From assembly GCA_043228905.1 (NCBI GenBank), contig JBHGNT010000016.1:12834001-12898000 (forward strand): DNA of 64,000 bases, written 5' to 3'. This document shows positions 37,386 through 50,468 of this stretch, piece after piece; the first letter of the stretch is position 1, and each line of letters begins with the position of its first letter. Source of the stretch: Azolla caroliniana. Its lineage: Eukaryota > Plantae > Polypodiophyta. Both the position numbers and the translations under genes were made by a program. Below the pieces are notes generated by a model. That model had not been told where the DNA came from and ran no database searches. It saw nothing but the letters and a program-made list of their open reading frames with translations.

Positions 37386-40300
37386 ACGGGCTTACACGCA
37401 GCTAAGGTAACTAACCCAGAAACAAAGTGGAGAGCAATGTTAGTGGAGGAGAGAACTGGATACATAGTCAGACAACACCTTGTCCTCGCAAAAAAAAACC
37501 TCCCCCCGCTCTTCTTCTTCTCCCCTCCCTTTTATAGGTTGTCGAGGAGGCTGTTACATCAAAACACATCAACTTTATTTTCTGTCGCTTCGGACAGAGA
37601 TACGCATCGATTTCCTAGCTAATAAATATGTCATACCTAGTATATTTACATCAGTCGTCCTATTCCTAGTTATGTACAATGTATCAATTCGCGCGCACTC
37701 GTGAAAGGATGGGTTCACGCCTTTAATTCCTAGATTCCTCTTATGGCCGGTTTTCTTCACGACAATGGTACGAAAACTCCTAGAACTTGTGCACACAGAC
37801 ATATGTGGGCCCATGCTAGAGCGATCACTAGGAGGCTCCCGGTACTTCATCACATTCGTATATGACTGTACAAGGAAAGTCTGGGCATACTCCATCAAGT
37901 CCAAAGATGAAGCGCTCGAGGTCTTCACTCGATGGATATCTGAAGTGGAGAATCGGTCGGGACACAGAGGGAAGACACTCCAATCCGACAACGGAGGTGA
38001 GTACACCTCCAGAGCCTTCAAACATTACCTGTCCGGAAAAGGGATACGACATCAAAAGACTGTTCCTTACATGCCCATGTAGAATGGGGTGGCTCAACGG
38101 ATCAACCAAACTATCCAGGAGAGGGTGATGGCCATGCTCTAGCAAGCCGGACTAAAGCTGGAATTCTGGGCCGAGGCATTGTAGACGGCAAGAGGAATCA
38201 CACTCGAAGTGCCACAGGCACTATGATCAAGCAAACAGCCAACCTACAATAGGCTTCGTATATTTGGATGTGAAGCCTACGCGTTCATCCCCAGGGACAA
38301 AAGGACGAAGTGGACACCCATGCAACAAAGTGCATATTTCTGAGTTATGGAACTGATGGGGACTTCGGCTACCGGCTATGGGACCGAGAGAACCGAAAAT
38401 TGATCCTGAGCAGCAATGTAGTCTTCAATGAAAACTTTATCTTCTCTCAAAGGAAGCAATAGAAAATAGTTGGTAAGAAGGTATCCTTCAAAGATGACAA
38501 TACTATCGTAGAAGGACCGACCCAATGGGCCAAATTGGAGATTTGACAAACATACGAACTCCAACAAACTGCCAACTTCCATGCCAACACCGAATCGGCA
38601 AGAAGTCCTAACGCTAAACTCAAAGACCAAGCAATCAAAGACTCATCTGAATCGACAAGAGTCGATAAAGGCAGAGTCGCTAAGAGGACACTCAAAATCG
38701 AGCTGACAACAACCACAGGGGAGAACAAGTAGACACCCCTAAAATCCCAAACTGAGGGCGGGACACCTAACAAGACTCCTGACACAATTGGTTCAACAAA
38801 TACCGATCGTCAATCCGAACCAATCGAAGAATCTGAACCAGATATTACGGCACCCAAGAGATCTGGACGAGCTCGAAGGCAAACAGAGTTTTATCAACCC
38901 GGCCTCGATTATGTCCACTACACGGATGTAGGCGAATCACGCACGTATGACGAAGCTATGGCCGCACCGAACACTGAAACATGGTTGCAGGCCATGAAAT
39001 CCGAAATGGACTCTATTCATTAGAATCAGACATGGAAGCTGTTTGAACTACCAGCAGGAAGAAAACCACTACCTTGCAAATGGGTGTTCCGATACAAGTA
39101 TGTATCTGACTCAGAGAAACCCAAGCACAAATCTCGGCTTGTCGCGAAAGGTTTCAAACATGAATACGGGGTCGACTACGACGAGATATTCTCACTAGTA
39201 GTCAAGATGACCACCCTCCCACTCCTACTAGGATCCGTGGCGACAGAAGATCTAGAGCTCGAACGGATGGACGTAAAGACAACATTCCTACCCAGAGATC
39301 TGGAAGAAGACATATACATGTCTCAACCGGCAGGATTCATGGCGATGGGGGAGGACAATCACCTCGTATGTCGACTAAAGAAAAAGTCTATATGGCCTAA
39401 AACAAGCGCCGAGAATGTGGTACCAGAAGTTTGACTCCTACATATGGCAGTGTGGATACAATAGATCAAACTCTGACCCATGCATGTATGTTTGGCAACT
39501 GGCCGACGAGTCAAGGATATCTCTGATCCTATACGTCGACGACATGTTGATTGCAGGGAGCAATCAAGCAGAGATCGGTAAGATGAAGCGGAGCCTTCAC
39601 GCAAAGTTCGTGATGAAGGAACTCGGACAAGCCCGACACATACTGGGCATGAGGATAGAGTGAACTCGGACGACCAAAACTCTCCGACTCTCCCAGTCCC
39701 AATACATCTGCAAGGTGTTGAAACGCTTCAACATGGAGAACATGAAGCCAGCACCGACACCGCTTCCGACGTTGATTAGACTATCGGATAGAGACTCTCC
39801 TACAATGGACAAGGAGAGAGAGCTTAATGGAAAGATACCCTACGCATCAGCAGTAGGAAGTATCATGTATGCAATGGTGGCGACCCGACCCGACCTAGCC
39901 TATGCCGAAGGGGTGGTCAACCGGTACATGTCAAACCCAGGAAAGAAGCACTAGGAGGCCGTCAAGCACATCCTTAGGTATCTAAAAGGAACCACGAATG
40001 CACAACTGACTTTCGGATCGACAATGTCAGCCGAAATCAAAGGCTACACCGACTCCGACTATGCCGGGAACACGGACAATCTGAAATCGACATCATGCTA
40101 CATCTTCACCTATGGTGGCGGTGCGATATCATGAAGGTCGAAACTTCAAGAGTGCACGGCTCTGTCTACCACAAAAGCCGTGTATATAGCAGCATCAGAA
40201 GCAGCGAACGAAGCGATGTGGCTGCACTGACTGACTTCCAACTTCGGAACTGCAAACCGAATAGACTGACTAGTGCCGACTATCTATTGCGACTCACATA

Positions 40301-40985
40301 GCGCAATACACCTCATCAATAATCCCGTCTACCATGCGAAGAAGAAGCACATTGAGGTGCCGTATCATCATATTCGAGAGCTCCTGACCGAGAAGAAACT
40401 CGAAGTCCGGAAGATCGGCACCGAGGTAAACATCGCCGATTGCCTAACGAAGACACTCCCAAATCAACGCTTCGGAACGCTAAGGACGAGGATGGGGCTA
40501 CGACAAGCGCCCGAGCAGAAAAAAGCCAAACGAGGAGCAGAAGGTAAGAGTTGGCCAACACTCATACTATACCTTTGCCGACATGGCTACTTGTCGACAG
40601 ACTTGTAACATAAGATCTAGTTAAATTTGTAATCTAGGTTTACAAGGGAGATAACCCCAAGCACTTGTACATGCAAGAAAGAGTAGTCCTTTTACAGGGG
40701 AGTTTGTTGGCATAAAAGGCCGACTCCTTCCAAATTGTATCTGTCCTAGTGTGAAATCGTTAATAAGTTAGGGCTTAGTATATAAGAGAATACCTAACAT
40801 TGTAATGAGTGATGACGAGCAAAGTATTGTATCTCTGAGAAAGAACAAAGTAATAAGAAGCTTTCATTAAAGCTCCATCTGTGTAAGTCTCCGCACCTAT
40901 TCTATTTTCTGTATGTGTTGTTTGCTGTCCAATACCGACTACAGATCCCTACACATTTCCGCACATAGCACTCTTACCCACAGAG

Positions 40986-43900
40986 ACTTGTCGAAGACAA
41001 TCTCATTCCGGTGAAGGACGTGCAACTCGAGAAGTGCACCGATTTCTTGGCCGGCAAGCAAAGCCGAACCTCCTTTCAGTCAAGACCACCAATGACACAG
41101 ACTGTACCACTAGATTTGGTGCATATCGATGTGTGTCAAGTCGACACGAAGTCACATGCCGCATCGCAGTATTTTGTGTCGTTCATAGACAACCACCGCC
41201 AGAAACTGTGGATCTCACCGTTGAAGACGAAGGATCAGGTACTATGCGTCTTCAAGGAACTCAATGCGAGAGTGGAAAGAGAAACCGGCCAGAAGCTGAA
41301 GGCGGTTCGAGCGGATAATGGAGGAGAATATCAGGGGCAGTTCGAGGACTATTGCCGGTCGAAGGGAATCCATCTCAAATTCACCGTGTTGAAGACGTCG
41401 GAACTAAACAGGCTGGCCGGAAGGATGAACTAGACCATAATGGAGAGAGTCTGGCGCATGCTGGCACATACCAAGTTACCCAAGACGTTTTGGGCTGAGG
41501 CGCTAACGATGGTGAACTATGTGATAAACAGATCACCCTCAACACCCTTGGAAGGAGACTCACCTCAGAAAGTATGGACCGGTAAAGATGTATCTTACCA
41601 GCATCTCAAGGTGTTCGAGCGTCTCGCATATGTGCATGTTGCGAAGGAGAAGAGAGCAAAGCTGGATCCGAAGTCCAAGCCATACATATTCCTTGGATAC
41701 GACGATGATGAGTTTGGCTATCAGGTGTGGGATCTAATCGACAAGAATGTGTTCCGGACTTGAGACATAGTCTTCATGGAAGACAAGACCATTGCTAACT
41801 AGGAGTCGGAGAAGAAGATGATGAACTCTGGATCATCCAATGAAAACCAACAGGAGGACAAAAGGACCTACCCAGTTGAAAACTGGATGTTGGCTGGTAA
41901 CCAGATGACCCTCGACGAACCGACTAGATACGGACAAGAAACCGAACCGACCGAAGAAGAAGAAGAAGACACCGGAACCGGACATGATCCCGAATTGGAT
42001 GAGGATGAGGAACAAACAGAGTGTTGGGAAATCGGTCTCTCCAGATGGGATCCGGTCATGAATGAAGAGGACCCGGTGAGAACCGGATGGACCTGGTGAA
42101 AACCGGAATAGATGCGGAAACCGGATCGGATGGACTCCCTATTAGGGTTTTCCACATACACATCATGTGTATCCTCTATTGTTGTCTGCTTGTGTACGTG
42201 TGCTCTCTCCCCATTTCCCATTTTTGTGTTTGATTTCCAACCAAGTGATTCAAGAATCGGTTGCGTTGTTAACCATGGAGGTGGAGTGCATGGCAGTTGT
42301 GGAAGCCGGCAAGGAGCTAATCTGGATGAAGTACTTCATCGGAGTGCTCGGGATCCAACAAGAGGAATACCGGCTCTACTACGAAACTGAAAGTGTCATC
42401 CACCTTGCAAAGAACGCGGCCTACCATTCCCTGACGAAACACATATAGCAGAGGTACCACTGGATCCAGGAGAGAGTAGAAGATCAAGGCTTCATGGTGA
42501 CAAAGATCCACACGGAGGAGAACGGATTAGATATGCTGACCAAGGTGTTGACAACGGACAAGCAGAACGCGTGCCGAAAGTAGATCGGGTTGGCATGACA
42601 CCCGATGTCGGAGGGAAAGGGGAGATTGTTGGGAAATCGGTCCCTCCGGATGGCATCTGGTCATGAATAAAGAGGACCCTGTGAGAACTAGATGAACCCG
42701 GTGAGAACCGGAAGAGATCCGGAAACCGGATTAGATGGACCCGATGAGAATCGGAAGACAAGAAATATTTGTAAATATGTTTTGAGTAAGCCTATTGAGG
42801 CTATATTTGTAAATATTCCTATGTTCGTATAAGTATACATATGACTTAGGGCAAACACTTTAGGTGTTGTTGCCATATTGTCATTGATAGATAACTGTTG
42901 TATATATATAGAGAGAGAGATACAAAGCTATACTTTGTTGTAACCGCCGGCTGGCGAGATACAGAGCTCGAGTTCGTTGCCTCTAAGTCTCTGTTTGTAC
43001 CTTTCCTATATAGTGATAGTTTGGAATCTGTGCACTCTCGTGGTTTTTCCCTATTAGGGTTTTCCACGTAAACATCTTGTGTACCCTCTATCGTTGTCTG
43101 CGTGTGTACGTGTGCTCTCTCCCTATTTCCCATTTCTGTGTTTGATTTCCATCCAAGTGATTTAAGACTCGGGTGTGGCCAAGCAATATTCTGCGCTATT
43201 CCCATAAAACTGGTCTCAGTGTGAACAACACAGGAAATGGAAGAATCGTTCGGCGGCATGTTCAAGCTCACCGGCTCCAACTACTCAATTTGGAAGTCGA
43301 AGATGAGGGATATGTTGGTGGTTAAAGATCTTTGGTTGTCGGTTCAGTTTGTGGACAAGAGACCGCATAAGATCGATGCCACAGTGTGGGAGGTGATGCA
43401 CATGAAGACGATGGCATACATCTAGTGCTTCATCAACATGATCTTGTACAACAACTTCAACGAAGCAAGCAAGGCTCATGAACTCTGGGAGAAGATCGGC
43501 ATCATGCTCTAGAACAAGAATGTTGTTAATCGGGTTTCTGTATTTCAGAAGCTAGTGAGGCTTCGGTACTAGGACGTCTCCAGTATGGCAGAGCACATGA
43601 ATGCCTTCCAGGGGCTAATACACCAAACCACCTCGTTGGAAATACCTCTCGCCGATGAGATACTCGCATAACTCCTGCTCGGTTCCCTCCTGGATAGTTG
43701 GGAGATGCTAGTTGTCATGTTGGGCAACGCTGGTCCGGAAGGAAAACAATTGTTGTTGGCCGGCAAGACCAAAGGGCCGGTTAGAGTTCAGAATGTGAAA
43801 GGGGTATTTAATTAGGGATAGGGAGTTGTAATTAATAAGTATTATGAGAAGCGGGCGGACGGACCCAGAATCGGTATGCCGATTCGGATCGTGACTGGAT

Positions 43901-46637
43901 CGTTGTCGGTTGCCAGTTGGCACCGGTTTGTAACTCAACTGGAAACCTATAAAAGGACCCGGCAAGAATGTAATCAAATAAGGATAATTAATCTTACGTG
44001 TGTGTTACGATCATTAACAATACCGGTTAGTAATTGGTTAAGACCCATTCAATACCACGGTCTATCCATATCTCACTGTACCACCTTTTGGTGAAGTGTT
44101 CCATAGGGACACCTTGTGTTAGGGCTTGTCGAGCCTAAAGGATAACACAGTTTTTGGTGACCACGATTCCTGCAAGAAGCGAAGGGAACGGCGGGGGGAA
44201 TGCATGACTAGACCGACAAACGACCCAATTGCCGAACGGGCAGAAAGACTTTCCGAGCGATTGCGGAACTGAGAGGCTTACCATCCGGCGGTGGAAGAGA
44301 TCCAATCGGATTGGTCTTTTTCCAGGGTGATCCAGCGGGTGGCGGCCGAGTCACTCTGATTGCAACAGAACCATCACCCGAATGAAGGAAGTAATCTGAG
44401 CAGTCTGCAGGTAGCGGAGTCCATTCTGGAGACACTCGCCGCAAAAGACGACGGTTCGGAAGCATTCTCCAGCATAGAATCGGATTTGGACGGTGAACAC
44501 AACGCCCAATCGAATTATCGTAGTAGCCACGATACCTCAGACGACCCGAAGGATGATGAGGTGGACATCATACCGACACCGGAGCCGAAAAACACAAAAC
44601 CGGAGCCGAACATAACAAAACCGGAAGCCCTGGACAAAACAACCGGCACGAACCACCAAGAGGAGGAGTGACTGCCGACACCACAACCAGAGTCACCAAT
44701 GGAACAAGAGAAGCGAGTTCCACCACTAGGGCCGGCAACACAAGAAGACTACGACATGCCTTACAAGTACGCAAAGTATCGGGTTCCCTCCCGGATAGCT
44801 GGGAGACGTTAGTTGTCACATTGGGCAATGCTAGGTTAGAAGGAAAACAGCTATCCCTAGCAAGAGTCAAGTCGAGCTTGCTAGATGACGGGGCACGTCG
44901 GAAAGACAAGGAGGTGAACTCCGACGCCAAAGCCCTCCTTAACGAATCGGAACGCGGAAGACAAAGGAATTAGAGTCGTAAGAACCGGGAAAAGTCGGGG
45001 ATACAGTCAAAGTCAAGGGGGAGGCCCACTTGCTTCTATTGTGGCAAGCTGGGGCACTTCCAGAAGAATTGTCGGCATTTCTGGAAAGACAAGGGAACCG
45101 ACAGTACCGATTCGAAGAAGTCACCGGACCGAAACAGTTCGGATTGGCGAGGCCCGAACCGGAAGGGAACGACGGCGATCGCGGCAAGTGAAGAAGAAAT
45201 AATGCTCATCACCGAGGAGAGTGAGTTGAACCTTACCGTCGATGAGACAATGTGGGTGGTCGATTCCGGAGCATCGTTCCATCTTACCCCGGACTGGAAA
45301 TGCTTCTCATCCTACACAGCCGGTGAGCACGGCTGTGTTTGGATGGGGAATGAAGGGACATGCCGAATTATCGGCATAGGAGATGTTTTGTTGACGACAT
45401 CAACCGGATGCAAGTTGCCATTGGAGGATGTCCAACACATTTCAGAGATTCGACTGAACCTAATATCAGCCGGTTGACTGGATGATGAAGGTTACACAGG
45501 TAGCATTCGGAACATTGTCATGAAGTTCTACAAAGGGAGCTTAATAGTGGCTCGAGCCCAGGAGGTCAACACACTGTAGTTGATGAATGCCCGAATATGC
45601 CGTGAAGAAGTGAACGTAGCATCCGACACTACCGGTGAGCTGTGGCACAAAAGACTGTGTCACATGATTGAGAAGGGGATGAAGAGGCTTGCCAAAGACA
45701 AGCTTATTCTGGTGAAGAACGTGCAACTTGAGAAGTGCACGGATTGCCTGGTTGAAAGCAAAACCGCACCTCCTTCCGGTCAAGACCACTGATGAGACGG
45801 AATGCACCACTGGTGCTGGTGCATACCGATGTGTGTCAAGTGACATGCTGGATCGCAGTACTTCGTGACGTTCATAGATGACCACAACCGGAAGTTGTGG
45901 GTCTCACCGTTGAAGATGAAGGATCAAGTGTTATCCATCCTCAAGGAACTCCGTGCAAAAGTGGAAAGAGAAACCGGCCAAAAGCTGAAAGCAGTTCGAG
46001 CATATAACGAAGGAGAATACCGGGGGCAGTTCGAGGGGTACTGCCGATCGGTGGGAATCCAGCTCGAATTCACCGTGCCGAAGATGCAGGAACTAAACGG
46101 GTTGGCCGAAAGGATGAACCAGACCATAATGGAGAGAGTTCGGAGCATGCTCGCACATGCCAAGCTACCCAAGACGTTTTGGGCTGAGGCGCTGGCGATG
46201 GCGACCTATGTGATAAACAGATCACCCTCAGTACCCTTGGACAAAGACGCACTGTAGAAAGTATGGTCCGGTAAGGATGTGTCTTACTGGCATCTGAAGG
46301 TATTTGGGTGTCTCGCATACGTGCATGTGGCAAAGGACAAGAGAGAAAAGTTGGATCCAAAGTCCCGACCATGCATATTCCTTGGATACGACAATGATGA
46401 GTTCGGTTACCGAGTGTGGGATCTGGTTGACATAAAGGTGTTCTAGAGTCAGGACATAGTCTTCATGGAAGACAGGACCATTGCCAACAAGGAGTCAAAG
46501 AAGAAGGTAACGAACTCCGGATCATCCATTGAAAACCTGCTTGAGGACAAAAGGATATACCCGGTTAAAAACCGGATGTTAGCCAGTAACTGAATGACAC
46601 TCGACGAACCGGCCAGATATGGACAGGAAACCGAACT
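40986..46637 (+). mobile_element. Rearranged cluster of third-family Ty1/copia fragments
   Basis: Integrase at 41011-41763 and again at 45865-46500; LTR copies starting TGTTGGGAAATCGG at about 42022 (deleted) and 42627 (after PPT gagggaaaggggaga); PBS-like tggtctcag at 43211; gag MEESFGGMFKLTGSNY; knuckle CFYCGKLGH; protease WVVDSGASFH. Confidence 0.85.
43765..44780 (+). mobile_element. Fragment of another LTR element (LTR 3' end, PBS-like site, leader ORF)
   Basis: TATAAAA at about 43948, ...GATAACA at about 44147 followed by TGGTGACCACGA; unrelated to the flanking copia gag. Confidence 0.45.
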
Positions 46638-48889
46638 TTCCTTAATATATGTGCAAGACTTGCAGTTAGTTTAACTTAATACTTGACTATATCGACATCA
46701 TTACAATCAGGCAACCGTGCAAAGAACAATAGCTATGATTTTAGTTAGTCTAAATAGCACTTGTCTTGTCCAAATGTAGACTGTAACCAGAGACCTCTAA
46801 TGTGTTAGAGTAGCATGAAATCCAACTACACCATCTAAACATATCAACGATGTCTATTTGTCTATCTTAATTAATCTTGGTGCAATAATTATTAAAGAAT
46901 AGAGTGTTCTTAGATGAATTTCAAGATATTATTTATTCGTAAAAGAATAGTTGAAAACATGCAAATAAACCCTGGACTCAAACTGAAGACCTCTAGTGTA
47001 GAAGTCTAGCATGATAACCAACTAAACTATCTAGATGCAATTAGGAATATCACTAAATTTCATGCATTCTGATGAATTTGCTAATTTCACTGAAATGATG
47101 TCACAACTACGTGGGCATCATGAGTTTCAATGTATCCAATGTGGTTGTGGCATTTAGGTGAAACAAGTCTCTAGAAAGAAATAGCACTAATTGACACAAG
47201 AAATCAACACGGCGATTTTCTTGGCTTAAGGTACATGCATCAATCCCACTAAATATATTCTAGTTCTATAGTGACAGAGACCCATTTTCTACTCATTCTA
47301 TCTAACATTTTTGGTGTCCAAACCCGAACTCGAAGAGAAGACCTCTAGTGTGTAAGACTAGCGTGATAAACACCCACATTATCTAGACCTATTGTGAAGA
47401 TTATTTCATGGATTTACTTGTTCTATGTAACATTTTTTGTTCTCCAAACATGGACTTGAACTGAAGACCGCTAGTCTGTAAGACTAGCGTGATAACCAAC
47501 TACAGTATTTGGATTCAATTATAAAAACCAATGTCATGGATTCAAATGAATTTGTTACTTTGATGGATTACATGGCCATCACAAGTTTCAATGTAGCCCA
47601 AGTTGTAGTGCACTATTTGATGCAAAAATGTCATAAACATATAGCACTATTTGACGCAAAATTGTACACGTTGATTTTCTTGGCTATATTGTATTTTTAA
47701 GTATACCAATTATATTTTTCATTCTATGTAACATCTTTTCTTGTCCAAACCCGGACTTGAACCGTAGACCTCTAGTGTTTTAGACTAGTGTGATAACAAA
47801 CTACACCATCTAGACACATTGAGAATAACTAGCTGGGATCGATAAATGAAAGACTAATCTCAATGGAAATTCCATGTCATTTTGAAAAGAATAAGTTAAA
47901 ACATTATTTTTATTGTAATTGACAGGATTATGTGTCCAAACCCGTACTCAAACTGAAGAACTGTAGTGTGTGAGACAAGCGTGATAATCAACTACAACAT
48001 TTGGACCCATTTGTCATTACTAATTTAATAGTTTGACATGAATTTGTTAATTAGACCAAGCGATTGGCATGTCACAATGACATTGAAATTATGAGTTTGT
48101 AAGTTTGCCAAATGGTAATAACATATACCTTGTAGAAGTCTTTCTGACCACATACCATTTGGATTGAAAAAGATAACGCGATTGGAAGTAAGAAATGAGG
48201 AATTCTTTTTGCTTTGCTTAATATATGTGCACGACTTACAGTTAGTTTAACTTCATACTTGACTATATCGACATAATTGGAATCAGCCAACCATGCAAAA
48301 AATAATAGTTATGATTCTAGTAAGTCTAAATAGCCCGTCTCTTGTCCAAAACTTAGACTGTAACCGGAGACGTCTAATGTGTTAGAGTAGCGTGAAAATC
48401 AGCTACACCATCTAAACATATCCATGATATCTATTTGTCTAACTTAATTAATCTTGGTGCAATAACGATTGAGCAATAGAGTGTTCTTAGATAAAATTCA
48501 AGATATCATTTATTCGTAAAAGAATAGTTCAAAACATACCAATAAACCCGGACTCAAACCAAAGACGTCTAGTGTGGAAATCTAGCGTCATAACCAAGTA
48601 CACTATCTGGACCTAATTATGAAGATCAATTTCATGGATTTAGATGAATTGGATACTTTCACTAAAGCGATGTCAAAACTACATGGGTATTACGAGTTTC
48701 AATGTATCCAAAGTGGTAGTGGCCTTTAGCTCAAAGAAGTTTCTAGAAACAAACCTATAGCGATAATTGACACAAGAAATGAACACGTGGATTTTCTTGG
48801 CTTAAAGTACATGCATGAGATTCACTTAATTTCACTCAATATATTCATATACACCAATTCTTCTACTCATTCTTTGTAACATTTTCTGT

Positions 48890-48963
48890 TGTCCAAACAC
48901 GGACTCGAACCAAAGACCTCTAGTGTGTAAGACTAGCATGATAACCAACTACACTATTTGGAC
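48890..48963 (-). pseudogene. tRNA-Val(TAC) copy with weakened T-stem
   Basis: Perfect acceptor stem GTCCAAA/TTTGGAC and anticodon arm CTAGT CTTACAC ACTAG; T-stem TTTGG/CCGTG is poor. Confidence 0.65.
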
Positions 48964-49455
48964 CCAATTGTAAAAACCAACGTGATGGATTCAAAAAATT
49001 TGTTACTTTCACGGATTCGATATCACAAGTACATGGCCATCATGAGTTTCAATGTAGCCCATGTTATACTAGCATTTAGCGGGCCAAAAAAAAAGCCAAG
49101 ACAGCTTCGGAGCGAACTCTGTTACCAGAGCCGAGAACAGCTTTAGACAATTCCGTCAGGCGTGAACCAACTAAGGTCGCTCCTTTAGTTGAAGTATTGG
49201 GCTTCTTCGCACCCTCCCGTTGTCCTTGCTGGGTTACACTCTCTCTCGGGACCCTCCTCCAAGTATATTTCTTTCGCTCACAAGTACATGGCCATCATGA
49301 GTTTCAATGTAGCCCATGTTATACTAGCATTTAGCTCAAACATGTCAGAAACATATAGCACTATTTCACGTACAAATGTAGACGTTGATTTTCTTGGCTA
49401 TATTGTATTTTTACAGATACCAAGTATTCTAATTATTCCATGTAGCATCTTTTCT

Positions 49456-49529
49456 TGTCCAAACCCGGACTTGAACCGGAGACCTCTAGTGTGTTACACT
49501 AGCGTGATAACCAACTACACCATCTGGAC
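49456..49529 (-). pseudogene. tRNA-Val(AAC) copy, two substitutions from the intact copy
   Basis: Matches 50395-50468 except T-loop TTCAAGT and anticodon loop GTAACAC (G at position 32). Confidence 0.68.
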
Positions 49530-50394
49530 ATATTGAAAATAACTAACTTGGATCAAGAAATAAAAGACTAATCTCAACAGAAATTCCATATGTCAATTAC
49601 AAAAAAATAAGTTAAAATATTATTGTTACCGTAATCGACAAGATTATGTGTGGAATCCCGATTTCGAACCGCATACCTCTGGTGTGTGAGACTAGTATGA
49701 TAACCAACCACACCATTTGGACCCATTCATCATTATTAATTTAATAGTTTGACATGAATTTATTAATTAGACCAAGCGATCGGCATGTCATACTGACATT
49801 GACATAACGACTTTGTAAGTTTGCCAAGTGGTAGTAAGATTTATCTTATAGAAGTCTTTCTAACTACATACCATTTAGATTGAAAACGATAGCACGAATG
49901 GAAGTAAGAAATAAAGAATTCTTTTTGCTTTGCTTAATATATGTTCAGGACTTGCAATTAGTTTAACTTAATACTTCGCTATATCGACATCATTACAATC
50001 ACACAACCGTGCAAAGAACAAGAGCTATGATTCTAATCAACGACACCATCTAAACATATCCACGATATCTATTTCTCTATCTTAATTAATCTTGGTGCAA
50101 TAACGATTAAACCCAGACTCGAACCGAAGACCTATAGTGTGTCAGACTAGCGTGATAACCAACTACACTATTTGGACCCAATAGTAAAAACCAACGTGAT
50201 GGATTCAAAAAAATTTGTTACTTTGACGGATTCGATGTCACAAGTACATGGCTAGCACGAGTTTCAATGTAGCCGTTGTGATACTAGAAACATATAGCAC
50301 TATTTCATGTACAAATGTAGACGTTGATTTTCTTGGCGATATTGTATTTCTACAGATACCAAGTATTCTATGTATTCCATGTAGCATCATTTCT

Positions 50395-50468
50395 TGTCCA
50401 AACCCGGACTCGAACCGGAGACCTCTAGTGTGTTAGACTAGCGTGATAACCAACTACACCATCTGGAC
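50395..50468 (-). tRNA. tRNA-Val(AAC), apparently intact
   Basis: Minus strand GTCCAGA TG GTGTAGTTGGTTATCAC G CTAGT CTAACAC ACTAG AGGTC TCCGG TTCGAGT CCGGG TTTGGAC A: all four stems pair, A-box and B-box intact, discriminator A, no encoded CCA, CAA just upstream. Confidence 0.88.

Larger units (their letters stand above)
29316..37764 (-). mobile_element. Ty3/gypsy LTR retrotransposon, decayed and internally deleted, carrying two nested solo LTRs
   Basis: LTRs 29316-30076 and 35726-37764 (the latter split by 36132-37385); TSD ACGG/ATGG; decayed Trp PBS at about 35703-35719; gag, knuckle CMWCDVVGHIQKD, protease-like ALIDHG, RT (DLYSGYDQ, PFLDD), integrase C-terminus (WFGPYVV). Confidence 0.92.
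27530..40953 (+). mobile_element. Second-family Ty1/copia element, 5'-truncated and split by gypsy-type insertions (pieces ~27530-28444, 29193-29315, 37765-~40950)
   Basis: Zinc knuckle remnant, protease WLLDSGATFHV, FCEHC, integrase LELVHTDICGP..SDNGGEY, RT LYVDDML, RNase H KKKHIEVPYH; LTR-like sequence at about 40550-40953. Confidence 0.85.
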
